DNA of 64,000 nt from Clostridia bacterium (GTDB lineage Bacteria; Bacillota; Clostridia; Oscillospirales; CAG-272), in the NCBI GenBank assembly GCA_017462385.1, contig JAFTRE010000011.1, forward strand, positions 24,391-88,390, in the 5' to 3' direction. How positions within the stretch are numbered: position 1 is the stretch's first letter; every line of letters begins with the position of its first letter. Under the pieces are notes generated by a model. That model was not told where the DNA came from. It saw nothing but the letters and a program-made list of their open reading frames with translations, and ran no database searches. The position numbers and the translations under genes are program-made. Shown piece by piece: positions 1-9,504 of this stretch.

Positions 1-417
1 GAGATGAACGTCCCTCCCTCTCGCCGGGCAAAGGTGTATATTGCTACCAAGTACACCGATAGCTTCAATGAGGCCACCGCTGTGTTCTTCACGCGTCTTG
101 CGTCTGCCTCCGAGGTCGAGGTTGCCGCAAGCTTTGACGGCGTCATCTCTGCCGACGACAGCGTTCAGATAATCACCGACTCGGCAACGATATTCTTGCC
201 CATGTCCGACATTATCGACGTTGAAAAGGAGCGCGCGCGTCTTAATACCGAGAAAACAAAGCTGGAGGGTGAGATCAAGCGTCTTGAGGGCAAGCTTTCA
301 AACGAGGGCTTTGTTGCCAAAGCTCCCGCCGCCGTCGTTGAAAACGAACGCGCAAAGCTGGCTAAATATCAAGAAAACCTCGCAGGCGTCATCGATGCTC
401 TGGCGAAGCTTAAATAA
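1..417 (+). CDS. valS: valyl-tRNA synthetase, C-terminal fragment (5' end lies outside the window)
   Basis: Frame-1 ORF is open from the window edge. The C-terminal coiled coil is typical of ValRS (KLEGEIKRLEGKLSNEGFVAKAPAAVVENERAKL). Stop at 415-417. Confidence 0.85.
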   Translation, partial: EMNVPPSRRAKVYIATKYTDSFNEATAVFFTRLASASEVEVAASFDGVISADDSVQIITDSATIFLPMSDIIDVEKERARLNTEKTKLEGEIKRLEGKLSNEGFVAKAPAAVVENERAKLAKYQENLAGVIDALAKLK

Positions 418-448
418 TTGATTATATGGGGCACCGTCCCATACTCCG

Positions 449-490
449 TCAGAGGGGCTTCTTGAAAGAAGCCCCTCTGACTCTTTCTTT
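449..490 (+). terminator. intrinsic terminator after valS
   Basis: Hairpin TCAGAGGGGCTTCTT-GAAA-GAAGCCCCTCTGA followed by CTCTTTCTTT. Confidence 0.8.
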
Positions 491-591
491 GAAATTTGAA
501 AAAAATTTTTAAAAAGTCTGAAACCTTTTGCCGTTTTTGGCGACTTATACAGTGAAAGCCCATCCTACATAAACTTTTACGGAGGACAATT

Positions 592-1542
592 ATGAAAAAA
601 TTCAGATTTTTAACCTTAGCACTTTGCCTTATTGTTGCCGTCGCGACACTTGTTGCGTGCTCTTCGGCAAATGACGTCGATATGTCTACGGGCGGTAACA
701 AAACCGACGCATACTACCCCAGCGTAGATGAAAAGATAGAAGACAGCTTTGACGGGATCGGCGTCGACTCCGCCGGCGGCTCGCTTTCCGACAGTGCCAC
801 ATCCGGCGAATACGAGCGCCAGATAATCAAGACCGTCAAAATACAGGCCGAGACCAAGGCATTTGACACCGCCGTATCCGCCATAAACGGATATGTTTCG
901 GAGTTCGGCGGCTATGTCGAAAGCTCCGAGCAATCGGGCAAAAGCCTTAACTGGGTCAATGGCTACTACGAGCGCTATGCATCCTACACAATACGAATTC
1001 CCGCAGAAAATCTCGAAGCCTTTGTCGGGAAGGTCGGTGATACGCTGAACATCGTCAACAACAACGGAACACAGGATGATGTCAGTCCGCAGTATTACGA
1101 CATAGTTTCACGCCTTGAAACGCTGGAAACCGAAAAAGAGGCACTTCAAAAAATGTACGAAAAAGCAGATACCATCGACTATATGCTTCAAGTACAAGAG
1201 CGGCTTTATGACGTGATCGAAGAGATCGAGGCGTACACAACACAGCTCAACTACTATAAGAGTCAGGTCGCATATTCAACCGTTCACCTGTCCATTTCCG
1301 AGGTCATCGAGTACACGGATATCGTTGAAAAGCCTAAGACATACGGCGAGGAGATCAAGTCCGCCTTTGTCGAGAGCTGGAAGGACTTCGCCGACGGTTG
1401 CCGTGACTTCTCCATCTGGTTTGTCGGGGCTATCCCCACACTGATCACGCTCGCTGTTATCGGCTGTGCCGTCGCCGCCATTATATTGCTCATAGTAAGG
1501 GGCACCGAAAAGAAAAGAAAGCAAAAAAACAATAAAGAATAA
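592..1542 (+). CDS. DUF4349-like lipoprotein with C-terminal membrane anchor
   Basis: GGAGG SD. Signal peptide with lipobox (LVAC-SS). Central YTIRIP...DVSPQYYDIVSRLETLETEKEAL coiled region typical of DUF4349. C-terminal TM helix plus KKRKQK tail. Confidence 0.7.
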   Translation: MKKFRFLTLALCLIVAVATLVACSSANDVDMSTGGNKTDAYYPSVDEKIEDSFDGIGVDSAGGSLSDSATSGEYERQIIKTVKIQAETKAFDTAVSAINGYVSEFGGYVESSEQSGKSLNWVNGYYERYASYTIRIPAENLEAFVGKVGDTLNIVNNNGTQDDVSPQYYDIVSRLETLETEKEALQKMYEKADTIDYMLQVQERLYDVIEEIEAYTTQLNYYKSQVAYSTVHLSISEVIEYTDIVEKPKTYGEEIKSAFVESWKDFADGCRDFSIWFVGAIPTLITLAVIGCAVAAIILLIVRGTEKKRKQKNNKE

Positions 1543-1552
1543 TGCCCAAAGC

Positions 1553-1590
1553 AATCCCCGCGCTCAATGAGCGCGGGGATTACTTTAACA
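1553..1590 (+). terminator. hairpin terminator after the DUF4349 gene
   Basis: AATCCCCGCGCTC-AATG-AGCGCGGGGATT followed by a weak T tract. Confidence 0.6.
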
Positions 1591-1616
1591 ATTTCAAATA
1601 AAATGTTATTTTCCTA

Positions 1617-1645
1617 TTGACACAGCCTCGGATGTGTGGTATAAT
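1617..1645 (+). promoter_or_regulatory. sigma-A type promoter
   Basis: TTGACA (1617-1622), 17-nt spacer, TATAAT (1640-1645), with TG-rich extended -10. Confidence 0.75.
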
Positions 1646-1674
1646 CGGTGCAATTATTTTTCGAAAGGATAGGC

Positions 1675-1788
1675 ATGGCAATGACAATGTACGCACTTAA
1701 TACTGTCAACACCGTACGCGCGATCGATACCAAGGTCATGGAGTGGTATATGTCGGGCTTGTATTGTCGTATCCATTTTTCGGAATAG
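1675..1788 (+). CDS. candidate 37-codon leader peptide (MAMTMYALNTVNTVRAIDTKVMEWYMSGLYCRIHFSE)
   Basis: ATG preceded by AAAGGA 5 nt upstream. Lies between the promoter and the attenuator hairpin. Below the ORF-track length cut-off, found by manual reading. Confidence 0.3.
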   Translation: MAMTMYALNTVNTVRAIDTKVMEWYMSGLYCRIHFSE

Positions 1789-1817
1789 TATTATTTTAAC
1801 TATTGAAATATTGGATA

Positions 1818-1865
1818 AAGACGGTGCAAGTCGAATTGTTTTCGAATTGCACTGTCTTTGTTTTT
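1818..1865 (+). terminator. intrinsic terminator / attenuator directly abutting the methyltransferase RBS
   Basis: 18-bp stem (1818-1835 with 1841-1858; one G-A mismatch, one G-U), 5-nt loop, then TGTTTTT. GGAGG follows at 1866-1870. Confidence 0.75.
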
Positions 1866-1875
1866 GGAGGATATT

Positions 1876-2664
1876 ATGGAAAGACTGAAATTTTTGAGCG
1901 AATACTACACCACACACGATGAGGACGCGCGCCTCACGTCAAAGTGCGGAAGCGTGGAGTTTCTGACCACGGTTCACTATGTTGAAAAATACTTGAAGCC
2001 GGGCATGCGTATTTTGGAAATAGGCGCGGGCACAGGGCGGTATTCCCATTATCTTGCACGGCAGGGTTATGAGGTTGACGCGGTTGAGCTGATGGACTGC
2101 AACATTGAGGTGTTCCACGCAAACACCCAGCCGAATGAAAAGGTCACGGTACGACAGGGCGACGCCATTGACCTCAACAGCATTCCGTCGGATCACTACG
2201 ACATCACGCTACTGCTGGGTCCTATGTATCATCTCTACACCGACGAGGACAAGAGGGCGGCAATGAGCGAGGCAATACGCGTGACCAAGCGAGGCGGCAT
2301 TGTTTTTGCGGCGTACTGCAACAGCGATATGACAGTATATAAATTTTGCTTTGTAAAAAACGGAATTAACAGCGATCAACACCGTGATCTTATAAACTTT
2401 GATACCTTTGAACTAAATTCGACACCGGCAGAAATTTTTTCTCTCTACCGCAAGGAGGACATTGACGGTCTGATGCAAAACTACAATGTAAAAAGACTAC
2501 ATTACATCGGAACGGATATGCTGACACGTTTTATATCAAAAACCGTCAATGAAATGGACGACGATACCTTTGCGCTGTATATGAAATACCATTTTTGCAT
2601 ATGTGAGCGCCCCGATATGGTTGGCGCTACAAATCATATTCTGGATATTTTCAGGAAGGAGTAA
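1876..2664 (+). CDS. class I SAM-dependent methyltransferase
   Basis: Motif I ILEIGAGTGRYSHYLARQGYEVDAVEL. Start trimmed to MERLKF (GGAGG 5 nt upstream). Confidence 0.85.
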   Translation: MERLKFLSEYYTTHDEDARLTSKCGSVEFLTTVHYVEKYLKPGMRILEIGAGTGRYSHYLARQGYEVDAVELMDCNIEVFHANTQPNEKVTVRQGDAIDLNSIPSDHYDITLLLGPMYHLYTDEDKRAAMSEAIRVTKRGGIVFAAYCNSDMTVYKFCFVKNGINSDQHRDLINFDTFELNSTPAEIFSLYRKEDIDGLMQNYNVKRLHYIGTDMLTRFISKTVNEMDDDTFALYMKYHFCICERPDMVGATNHILDIFRKE

Positions 2665-2668
2665 TATT

Positions 2669-3220
2669 ATGATATTTGAGCAAAAAGAAATAACACTTAA
2701 AAACGGAAAAACCGCTATCTTCAAGACCCCGGATGTCGAGGATGCGCCAAAAATGCTGGACTACATAAAGACTGCCTGCGGTGAGACACATTTTTTGTTG
2801 CGTTACCCCGAGGAATGGGACAGTGTGACAGTAGAGCAGGAAGAAAAATGGGTCGAAAGCTCGCGCAACGCACCAAACAACCTGACGATATCCTGCTACA
2901 TTGACGGTAAAGTGGTTGGAAACTGCGCGCTGACCTTTCTTTCCGGACTTAAAATGAGTCACCGCGCCACAGTTGCCATAGCCATAATCCGTGAATATTG
3001 GGGGCTCGGCATAGGCTCCGCAATGTTCCGGGAAATGATAGCGGCGGCTCAAGAGCACGGCACCGAGATACTGGAGCTGGAATATATCGAGGGCAACGAC
3101 CGCGCCCGAGCGCTTTACGAGCGCTTCGGCTTCCGCGTCGTCGGAGAGCGTCCGAACGCTTTCAAATTAAAGGACGGCACCCTGCTCAAAGAATTTTTTA
3201 TGCAGAAACAAATGAAATAA
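2669..3220 (+). CDS. GNAT family N-acetyltransferase (RimJ/RimL-like)
   Basis: IIREYWGLGIGSAMFREMI...ARALYERFGFRVVG acetyl-CoA binding pattern. Start trimmed to MIFEQKE (AGGAAGGAG SD). Confidence 0.85.
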   Translation: MIFEQKEITLKNGKTAIFKTPDVEDAPKMLDYIKTACGETHFLLRYPEEWDSVTVEQEEKWVESSRNAPNNLTISCYIDGKVVGNCALTFLSGLKMSHRATVAIAIIREYWGLGIGSAMFREMIAAAQEHGTEILELEYIEGNDRARALYERFGFRVVGERPNAFKLKDGTLLKEFFMQKQMK

Positions 3221-3227
3221 AAGTAAC

Positions 3228-3253
3228 AAAACGCCCGCTTGCGCGGGCGTTTT
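3228..3253. terminator. bidirectional terminator between GNAT (+) and thrS (-)
   Basis: AAAACGCCCGC-TTGC-GCGGGCGTTTT, with A/T runs on both sides. Confidence 0.8.
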
Positions 3254-3263
3254 AATTTTGTTA

Positions 3264-5204
3264 TCAGTTATCCTTACTCTTTGTATCAATTTGATTCTTT
3301 GCGAAGGCAACGAACTCGTCGATGGTCATGCTGCCCATGTCGCCCGTCTTTCTGGAACGGACGGCAATGGTGTTCTGCTCGACCTCGTTGTAGCCGATAA
3401 CAGCCATGTAAGGAATCTTTTCAAGCTGTGCGGCACGGATCTTGTAACCGATCTTTTCGTTTCTCTCGTCCACCTCAACACGCATACCCAAAGCACGGCA
3501 CTTGTCTGCAACCGCTCTTGCGTACTCGAACTGATCTGCCGAGATAGGCAGGAAGCGGATCTGCTCGGGCGCCATCCACATGGGAAGTGCACCTGCATAT
3601 TTCTCGATAAGGTAAGCCAGCGTACGCTCGTAGCAACCCAACGAGGTGCGGTGAATAATGTAGGGACGCTTAAGCTGACCGTCCGAGTCAACATAAGACA
3701 TATCAAACTGCTCGGCAAGCAGCTGATCAACCTGAATGGTAACAATAGTATCCTCTTTGCCGAATACATTTTTATACTGAATATCAAGCTTGGGGCCGTA
3801 GAACGCTGCCTCGTCGATACCGATGCTGTACTTAACCCCCAGGTCATCGAGTATTTTACCCATGATGGACTGTGCTTCGTCCCATTGCTCGGGCGTTCCT
3901 ATATACTTGGTTCCTGCCTTTGCGGGATCCCACTGCGAGAAGCGGAAAGAGCAATTTTCAAGCATTCCTACTGTGTCAAGCACATATTTTGCAAGCTCCA
4001 GACATCCGCGGAATTCGTCCTCAAGCTGTTCGGGACGAAGAACGAGGTGACCCTCGGAAATGGTAAACTGACGGACACGGATAAGTCCGTGCATCTCGCC
4101 GCTGTCTTCGTTGCGGAACAGCGTGGAGGTCTCACCGAGTCTCATGGGCAGGTCGCGATACGAGCGCTTTTTATTCAGGAAGACCTGATACTGGAAAGGA
4201 CAGGTCATGGGGCGCAGAGCGAAGCATTCTTTTGTTTCGTCATAGGGATCGCCCAGCACGAACATACCGTCGAGGTAGTGATCCCAGTGACCGGATATTT
4301 TATACAGCTCACGCTTTGCCATAAGCGGAGTTTTGGTCAGCAGGTAGCCTCTCTTTTGCTCCTCGTCCTCGATCCAGCGCTGAAGCGTTTGAATAACGCG
4401 GGCACCCTTGGGCAACAGAATGGGCAGGCCTTGACCGATAACGTCAACAGTGGTGAAATATTCAAGCTCGCGACCCAGCTTGTTATGGTCGCGCTTTTTG
4501 GCCTCCTCGAGCATTTCAAGGTGAGCCTTCAGCTCGTCCTTCTTGGGGAACGCAACGCCGTAAACGCGCTGAAGCATTTTATTTTTCTGGTCGCCTTTCC
4601 AATATGCTCCGGTGCACTGCGTCAGCTTGAACGCTTTGACAGCGCCGGTTGCGTAAAGGTGAGGACCTGCGCAAAGGTCGGTGAACTCGCCCTGACGGTA
4701 AAAGCTGATGACCTCGCCCTCGGGCAGCTCTTCAATAAGCTGAACCTTATAGGGCTCGTTCTTTTCCTGCATGAATTTGACCGCCTCGTCACGGGGCAGC
4801 TCAAAGCGCTCGATAAGCAGGTTTTCCTTGACTATCTTGGTCATCTCGCTCTCAAGCTTTGAAAGCACGTCGGGGGTAAAGGTGACTTCGCTGTCGAAGT
4901 CGTAGTAAAATCCGCTCTCGATAGCGGGACCGATGGTCAGCTTTACCTCTGGGTACAGGCGCTTGACAGCCTGCGCGAGAATGTGGGATGCGGTGTGGTT
5001 GAAAACGTGCTTGCCCTCTTTATCCTCAAAGGTCAGCAGTTGAACATCAGCATCATTCTCCAAAACAAAGTTCATAGCACACAGCTTGCCATTGACAAGC
5101 GCGGCGATATGTGCGCGGCTGACCAGCTCAGCCTCTTTTGCCGCGTCAAAAACCGAAATGGGAGCGGCAAACTCCATCTCTTTTTCAGCAAAACGGATCT
5201 TCAT
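3264..5204 (-). CDS. thrS: threonyl-tRNA synthetase
   Basis: Full-length ThrRS pattern: TGS N-terminus, HTASHILAQAV editing motif, class II core RVRQFTISEGH and FYGPKLD. Start trimmed to MKIRF (GGAGG SD). Confidence 0.95.
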   Translation of the reverse strand: MKIRFAEKEMEFAAPISVFDAAKEAELVSRAHIAALVNGKLCAMNFVLENDADVQLLTFEDKEGKHVFNHTASHILAQAVKRLYPEVKLTIGPAIESGFYYDFDSEVTFTPDVLSKLESEMTKIVKENLLIERFELPRDEAVKFMQEKNEPYKVQLIEELPEGEVISFYRQGEFTDLCAGPHLYATGAVKAFKLTQCTGAYWKGDQKNKMLQRVYGVAFPKKDELKAHLEMLEEAKKRDHNKLGRELEYFTTVDVIGQGLPILLPKGARVIQTLQRWIEDEEQKRGYLLTKTPLMAKRELYKISGHWDHYLDGMFVLGDPYDETKECFALRPMTCPFQYQVFLNKKRSYRDLPMRLGETSTLFRNEDSGEMHGLIRVRQFTISEGHLVLRPEQLEDEFRGCLELAKYVLDTVGMLENCSFRFSQWDPAKAGTKYIGTPEQWDEAQSIMGKILDDLGVKYSIGIDEAAFYGPKLDIQYKNVFGKEDTIVTIQVDQLLAEQFDMSYVDSDGQLKRPYIIHRTSLGCYERTLAYLIEKYAGALPMWMAPEQIRFLPISADQFEYARAVADKCRALGMRVEVDERNEKIGYKIRAAQLEKIPYMAVIGYNEVEQNTIAVRSRKTGDMGSMTIDEFVAFAKNQIDTKSKDN

Positions 5205-5216
5205 TTTTTCCTCCAT

Positions 5217-5420
5217 ATGATAAACAAATATTTTATAAAATAAACGCCCCGAACAGCATATCGCTGTTCGGGGTGCGATGGGCGCACGGTTCCACCCGAG
5301 CTTTTAACTCATTGGTATTCATTATTGCGCAGAAGTGGTATCCTGCAAGCTCATGCGAAGGGTTCTCAGCATTCCCCTCTCTCTGTACGCAGAAATCTTA
5401 CACGACTCGTCTTCCGCCCA
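5217..5420 (-). promoter_or_regulatory. T-box leader, threonine (ACC) specifier, with terminator/antiterminator
   Basis: Minus strand shows AGAGAGGGGAATGCTGAGAAC (stem I). The specifier context is GGATACCACTTC, with ACC at 5339-5337. The T-box sequence GGGTGGAACCGTGCGCC is followed by terminator CCCCGAACAGC-GATAT-GCTGTTCGGGG and a T run. Confidence 0.85.
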
Positions 5421-5424
5421 CGGC

Positions 5425-5859
5425 TTACAGCTTGCCGTGAAGCTTTAAGTTATATTCCGAACGCGGGTTGATAAACTCGCGCCAGTTAAGATCGCCTCTG
5501 TCAAGCGCGCATACAAGCGCCTCTGCTGTAGCGATATTGGTTGCTACCGGTATATTATACAGATCACACATACGGAGCAATTCATGCTCCTCCTCGTTAT
5601 ACTCGCTTGATGGACGTGTGTCTCTGAAATAAAGCAAAAGATCTATTTCGTTATAGGCGACGCGGGAGGTTATCTGCTGCTCTCCGCCCTGCTCTCCTGC
5701 GAGCAGACGTTCAATCGTCAATCCCGTGGCGTCGGCTATATGCTTTGCAGTAATGCTCGTGGCACAAAGCTTGTGCTTGCTCAATATACCACAGTATGCT
5801 ATACAGAACTGAACCATCAGTTCCTTTTTGATGTCATGAGCCATTATTGCTATTTCCAT
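5425..5859 (-). CDS. mgsA: methylglyoxal synthase
   Basis: IAIMAHDIKKELM...LCATSITAKHI...GGEQQI...IDLLLYFRD...NIPVATNIATAEAL matches the MgsA pattern. Confidence 0.9.
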   Translation of the reverse strand: MEIAIMAHDIKKELMVQFCIAYCGILSKHKLCATSITAKHIADATGLTIERLLAGEQGGEQQITSRVAYNEIDLLLYFRDTRPSSEYNEEEHELLRMCDLYNIPVATNIATAEALVCALDRGDLNWREFINPRSEYNLKLHGKL

Positions 5860-6123
5860 CTGGCATCCGCCTCTCTGATAAAATTTACTTGTTAATTATA
5901 TCATATTATCCGGCGGTTTGTCAACTGTGTTTTCGATTTCCACACATTTTTTTATTATATTGTGTCAGTTTTATGTATTTTTTTCGCAAAGTACGTGCTT
6001 TTGTTGGTTAATATGATAAAATATTCGTATATTTTGACTGTACCTCTTGTTTTATTGTGAATTTTGGTGTATAATGATGGTTGATATTTTTTATTACTTA
6101 TACTTGAGAAGGAGACATGTCCA

Positions 6124-7377
6124 ATGCTCAATGAAAACTTAAAATTTATCGAGGCAATTGACCCCGAGACTGCCGCCGCCATTCGCGCCGAGCACGCTCG
6201 CGAGTCCGCAGGCCTTGAGATGATCGCATCCGAAAACTTTGTTTCCCCCGCGGTGCTTGCCGCCGCAGGAAGCATCATGACCAACAAATATGCCGAGGGA
6301 TACCCCTCCAAGCGCTACTATGGCGGTTGTATGTGTGTTGACGTGGTTGAGGAGCTGGCAAGAAAAAGAGCTTGCGAGCTGTTCGGCGCGGAGCACGCCA
6401 ACGTCCAGCCCCACAGCGGCTCTCAGGCAAACACAGCTGTTTACGTTGCTCTTCTGGAGCACGGCGACACAGTGCTGGGAATGAGCTTGGCACACGGCGG
6501 ACATCTGACCCACGGCAGCCCTGTCAACTTCTCGGGTAAATTTTATAACTTTATTCCTTACGGCGTAAGCTCGTCCGACTTCCGTATCGATTACGACGCT
6601 CTTGAAGCAAAAGCGATCGAGGTTCAACCCAAGATGATCGTAGCGGGCGCATCCGCTTACCCCCGCGTTATCGACTTTGCTCGTCTGCGTGAGATTGCGG
6701 ACAAGGTCGGCGCATATCTGATGGTAGATATGGCTCACATCGCGGGACTTGTTGCGGCAGGACTTCACCCCTCCCCCGTTCCCTACGCTGACGTAGTTAC
6801 CACCACAACTCACAAAACTCTGCGCGGTCCTCGCGGCGGTATGATTCTTTGCAACGATGAAGAAATATACAAGAAGATCAACAAGGCAATCTTCCCCGGC
6901 ATTCAGGGCGGTCCTCTGATGCACATTATCGCCGCAAAGGCAGTTTGCTTCAAGGAGGCAATGCAGCCCGAATTCAAGGCATATCAGGAGCAGGTAGTCA
7001 AGAATGCGGCGGCTCTCGCCGAAGCGCTTGTTGCCGAGGGCTTTGATCTGGTATCCGGTGGCACAGATAACCACCTTATGCTGGTTGACCTGCGCTCTAT
7101 GAACCTGACAGGTAAGGAATTCGAGCACCGTCTCGATGACGTGCACATCACCGTCAACAAGAACGCCATTCCCGACGATCCTCAGTCTCCGTTCATCACC
7201 TCGGGTATCCGCGTAGGTACTCCCGCGCTGACCACTCGCGGCATGAAGGAGCCCGAGATGAAAAAGATCGCTCACCTCTTCGCCCTCACCGCACGCGACT
7301 TTGAGAACAGCGCCGACGCCGTCCGCGCCGAGGTCGCCAAGCTGTGCGAGCAGTTCCCGCTTTATAAGGATATTTAA
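6124..7377 (+). CDS. glyA: serine hydroxymethyltransferase
   Basis: [24 protein letters not shown] and [15 protein letters not shown] (PLP lysine motif). Confidence 0.97.
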   Translation: MLNENLKFIEAIDPETAAAIRAEHARESAGLEMIASENFVSPAVLAAAGSIMTNKYAEGYPSKRYYGGCMCVDVVEELARKRACELFGAEHANVQPHSGSQANTAVYVALLEHGDTVLGMSLAHGGHLTHGSPVNFSGKFYNFIPYGVSSSDFRIDYDALEAKAIEVQPKMIVAGASAYPRVIDFARLREIADKVGAYLMVDMAHIAGLVAAGLHPSPVPYADVVTTTTHKTLRGPRGGMILCNDEEIYKKINKAIFPGIQGGPLMHIIAAKAVCFKEAMQPEFKAYQEQVVKNAAALAEALVAEGFDLVSGGTDNHLMLVDLRSMNLTGKEFEHRLDDVHITVNKNAIPDDPQSPFITSGIRVGTPALTTRGMKEPEMKKIAHLFALTARDFENSADAVRAEVAKLCEQFPLYKDI

Positions 7378-7390
7378 CCTAATAAAGTTT

Positions 7391-7429
7391 ACCCGACACC
7401 GTAAAATTTATGGTGTCGGGTTTGTTTTT
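7391..7429. terminator. bidirectional terminator between glyA (+) and spoIVA (-)
   Basis: ACCCGACACC-loop-GGTGTCGGGT followed by TTGTTTTT. Confidence 0.8.
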
Positions 7430-7431
7430 AA

Positions 7432-8910
7432 TCAAAGTATAATACAAATAAGTCCGTTACTGCCCTCATTTATAATGCGCTCCAGCGTCTCTGACAGCTT
7501 ATCGCGCGACTCCTCGGGCATATGCTCCAGCTTTGTGTGTAAGCCGTCGTTGACCAGCTCGTAAAGCGTTTTACCGAACATATTGGACTCCCAGATGCGC
7601 TCAGGATCATCCGAAAATTCTTCCAGCATATACTTGACAAGATCCTCGGATTGCTGCTCTGTACCTACGATGGGGCTGATCTCAGTCTCAATATTAGCAC
7701 GTATCATATGCACCGACCGCGCGGACGCACGCAGTCTGACTCCGTAACCGCCCGCTTGCTTGACTATCTCGGGCTGCTCCAGCTTAAGCTCGGAAATATC
7801 GGGCATGACTATGCCGTAGCCCTTATCCTCGGCATCACGCATAGCCTCGGCGACCCGCTCATATTCACCTTTAAGGTTAGCAAAGTCGCGCAGCAGACGT
7901 ATCAGGTCATCCTCGCCGCCGATATCAAAGCCGGTCAGCTCACTGATAACGCTGTAATACAAGCCGTCCTCAAGCGCCACCGCCACGCGGGCACGCCCGT
8001 TTCCGAGGTTTATCTCCTCCACGGTGGTGTCTTTTACATATTCATTTTCGGCAAGGCTTGCAAATGCCTGCTTGATATCACCCGTCTTGGTCACCTTGCC
8101 CGCGCAGTTGCGCACGCTTTCCATAAGCGACAGCTTTACTCGGTGACCGTCCTCCAGTGCCGCTGTCCAATCGGGTAGCTTTATTGTGACCTCGGTCACG
8201 GGAAATTCATGCAGTACCAGCTCCAAGATATGGCGAATGTCCTCAGCGTCAAGATCGAGACAGCTGACAAGCGCCACGGGAACACTGTATTTTGCCTCCA
8301 GCTCGTAAGCCAGCGCTATCGCCTGCTCGGAGGAGGGATTTGACGAATTAAGTATTATCGCGAACGGCTTGCCGAGCGCCTTGAGCTCGTTTACCACCCG
8401 CTCCTCGGCTTCAACATAGCTATCGCGCGAGATCTCGCCGATGCTTCCGTCCGTTGTTACCAGCATGCCGATCGTGCTGTGCTCGGTAATGACCTTGTGC
8501 GTTCCCATTTCTGCCGCCTCGATAAAAGGCACCGCCTCCTCCTGCCAGGGCGTGCGCACCATGCGAGGCTGACCGTTCTCAATGGTACCAAGCGCCTCGG
8601 GAACTATGTAGCCAACGCAGTCTATCATTTTAACGCGAAGTGAAGCGCAGTCGTCGATGACAATGGTGACGGCGTCATCGGGAATAAATTTGGGCTCGGT
8701 CGTCATGACCGTCTTGCCCGCGGCGCTCTGCGGCATTTCGTCGCGGGCGCGGTCGCGAACATAGCCCTCGGTGATATTTGGCAGTACCAGCGCCTCCATA
8801 AAGCGCTTGATAAATGTGGATTTGCCCGTCCTTACAGGTCCCACCACACCGATATAAATATCGCCGCCCGTACGCTCGGCGATATCCTTATAGATCGAAT
8901 GTTCAGACAT
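7432..8910 (-). CDS. spoIVA: stage IV sporulation protein A (spore coat morphogenetic ATPase)
   Basis: N-terminus SIYKDIAERTGGDIYIGVVGPVRTGKSTFIKRFME (Walker A), 492 aa, GGGAGGA SD. Confidence 0.95.
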   Translation of the reverse strand: MSEHSIYKDIAERTGGDIYIGVVGPVRTGKSTFIKRFMEALVLPNITEGYVRDRARDEMPQSAAGKTVMTTEPKFIPDDAVTIVIDDCASLRVKMIDCVGYIVPEALGTIENGQPRMVRTPWQEEAVPFIEAAEMGTHKVITEHSTIGMLVTTDGSIGEISRDSYVEAEERVVNELKALGKPFAIILNSSNPSSEQAIALAYELEAKYSVPVALVSCLDLDAEDIRHILELVLHEFPVTEVTIKLPDWTAALEDGHRVKLSLMESVRNCAGKVTKTGDIKQAFASLAENEYVKDTTVEEINLGNGRARVAVALEDGLYYSVISELTGFDIGGEDDLIRLLRDFANLKGEYERVAEAMRDAEDKGYGIVMPDISELKLEQPEIVKQAGGYGVRLRASARSVHMIRANIETEISPIVGTEQQSEDLVKYMLEEFSDDPERIWESNMFGKTLYELVNDGLHTKLEHMPEESRDKLSETLERIINEGSNGLICIIL

Positions 8911-9000
8911 AAATCATCCTCCCGTATATTTGTCACTAAAATATATGGGAGGATAATTCGTTTTAGAACGACGCTTGTATTTTGTTTTTGGAGACAGGCT

Positions 9001-9480
9001 TTACTTTTTGATCATTTCCGCCTCGATGATATGAAGCGCATCGGGGTGCATTGCACCGTCGAGCGGGCGCTCATACTTTATAAGCTCGCGCACAAACGTG
9101 GAGCTGATAAACGCCAACGACGGACGTGCGGGGAGCCAAACGGTGTCGATGGGTGCCAGATGGCGATTGATATCCGCCATGTCCGCCTCATAGCTATAGT
9201 CTGCAACATTGCGCACACCCTTGACAATGGCGACTGCGCCCAGCGCCACGCAAAGCTCGGCAAGTAAGCCCTCTGCCGTGATGACCGTAACATTTTTCAG
9301 ATCTCCACATGACACCTCGGCTATCTTTTTGCGTGTTGCAAGATCAAAGGTACCCTTTTTTTCGGAGTTTGCCATAATTGCGACATACACCTTATCGAAC
9401 ATTTTAGCGGCGCGCTCAACCATATCAAGATGTCCTATCGTAAACGGATCAAAGCTTCCAGGCACAACACATGTTTTCAT
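9001..9480 (-). CDS. coaD: phosphopantetheine adenylyltransferase
   Basis: VVPGSFDPFTIGHLDMVERAA (HxGH-type nucleotidyltransferase motif). Start trimmed from TTG to ATG (MKTCVV) for SD spacing. Confidence 0.93.
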   Translation of the reverse strand: MKTCVVPGSFDPFTIGHLDMVERAAKMFDKVYVAIMANSEKKGTFDLATRKKIAEVSCGDLKNVTVITAEGLLAELCVALGAVAIVKGVRNVADYSYEADMADINRHLAPIDTVWLPARPSLAFISSTFVRELIKYERPLDGAMHPDALHIIEAEMIKK

Positions 9481-9504
9481 ATTTTGCAAATTCTCCTTGA
9501 TTTT

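Noticed and set aside
3258-4862. 534-aa ORF on the + strand
   Set aside because: It lies entirely antisense to thrS, whose translation is an unmistakable ThrRS. The antisense product is Leu/Val/Arg-rich low-information sequence with no SD. This is a typical shadow ORF of GC-rich coding DNA.
6139-7275. 378-aa ORF on the - strand
   Set aside because: Antisense shadow of glyA.
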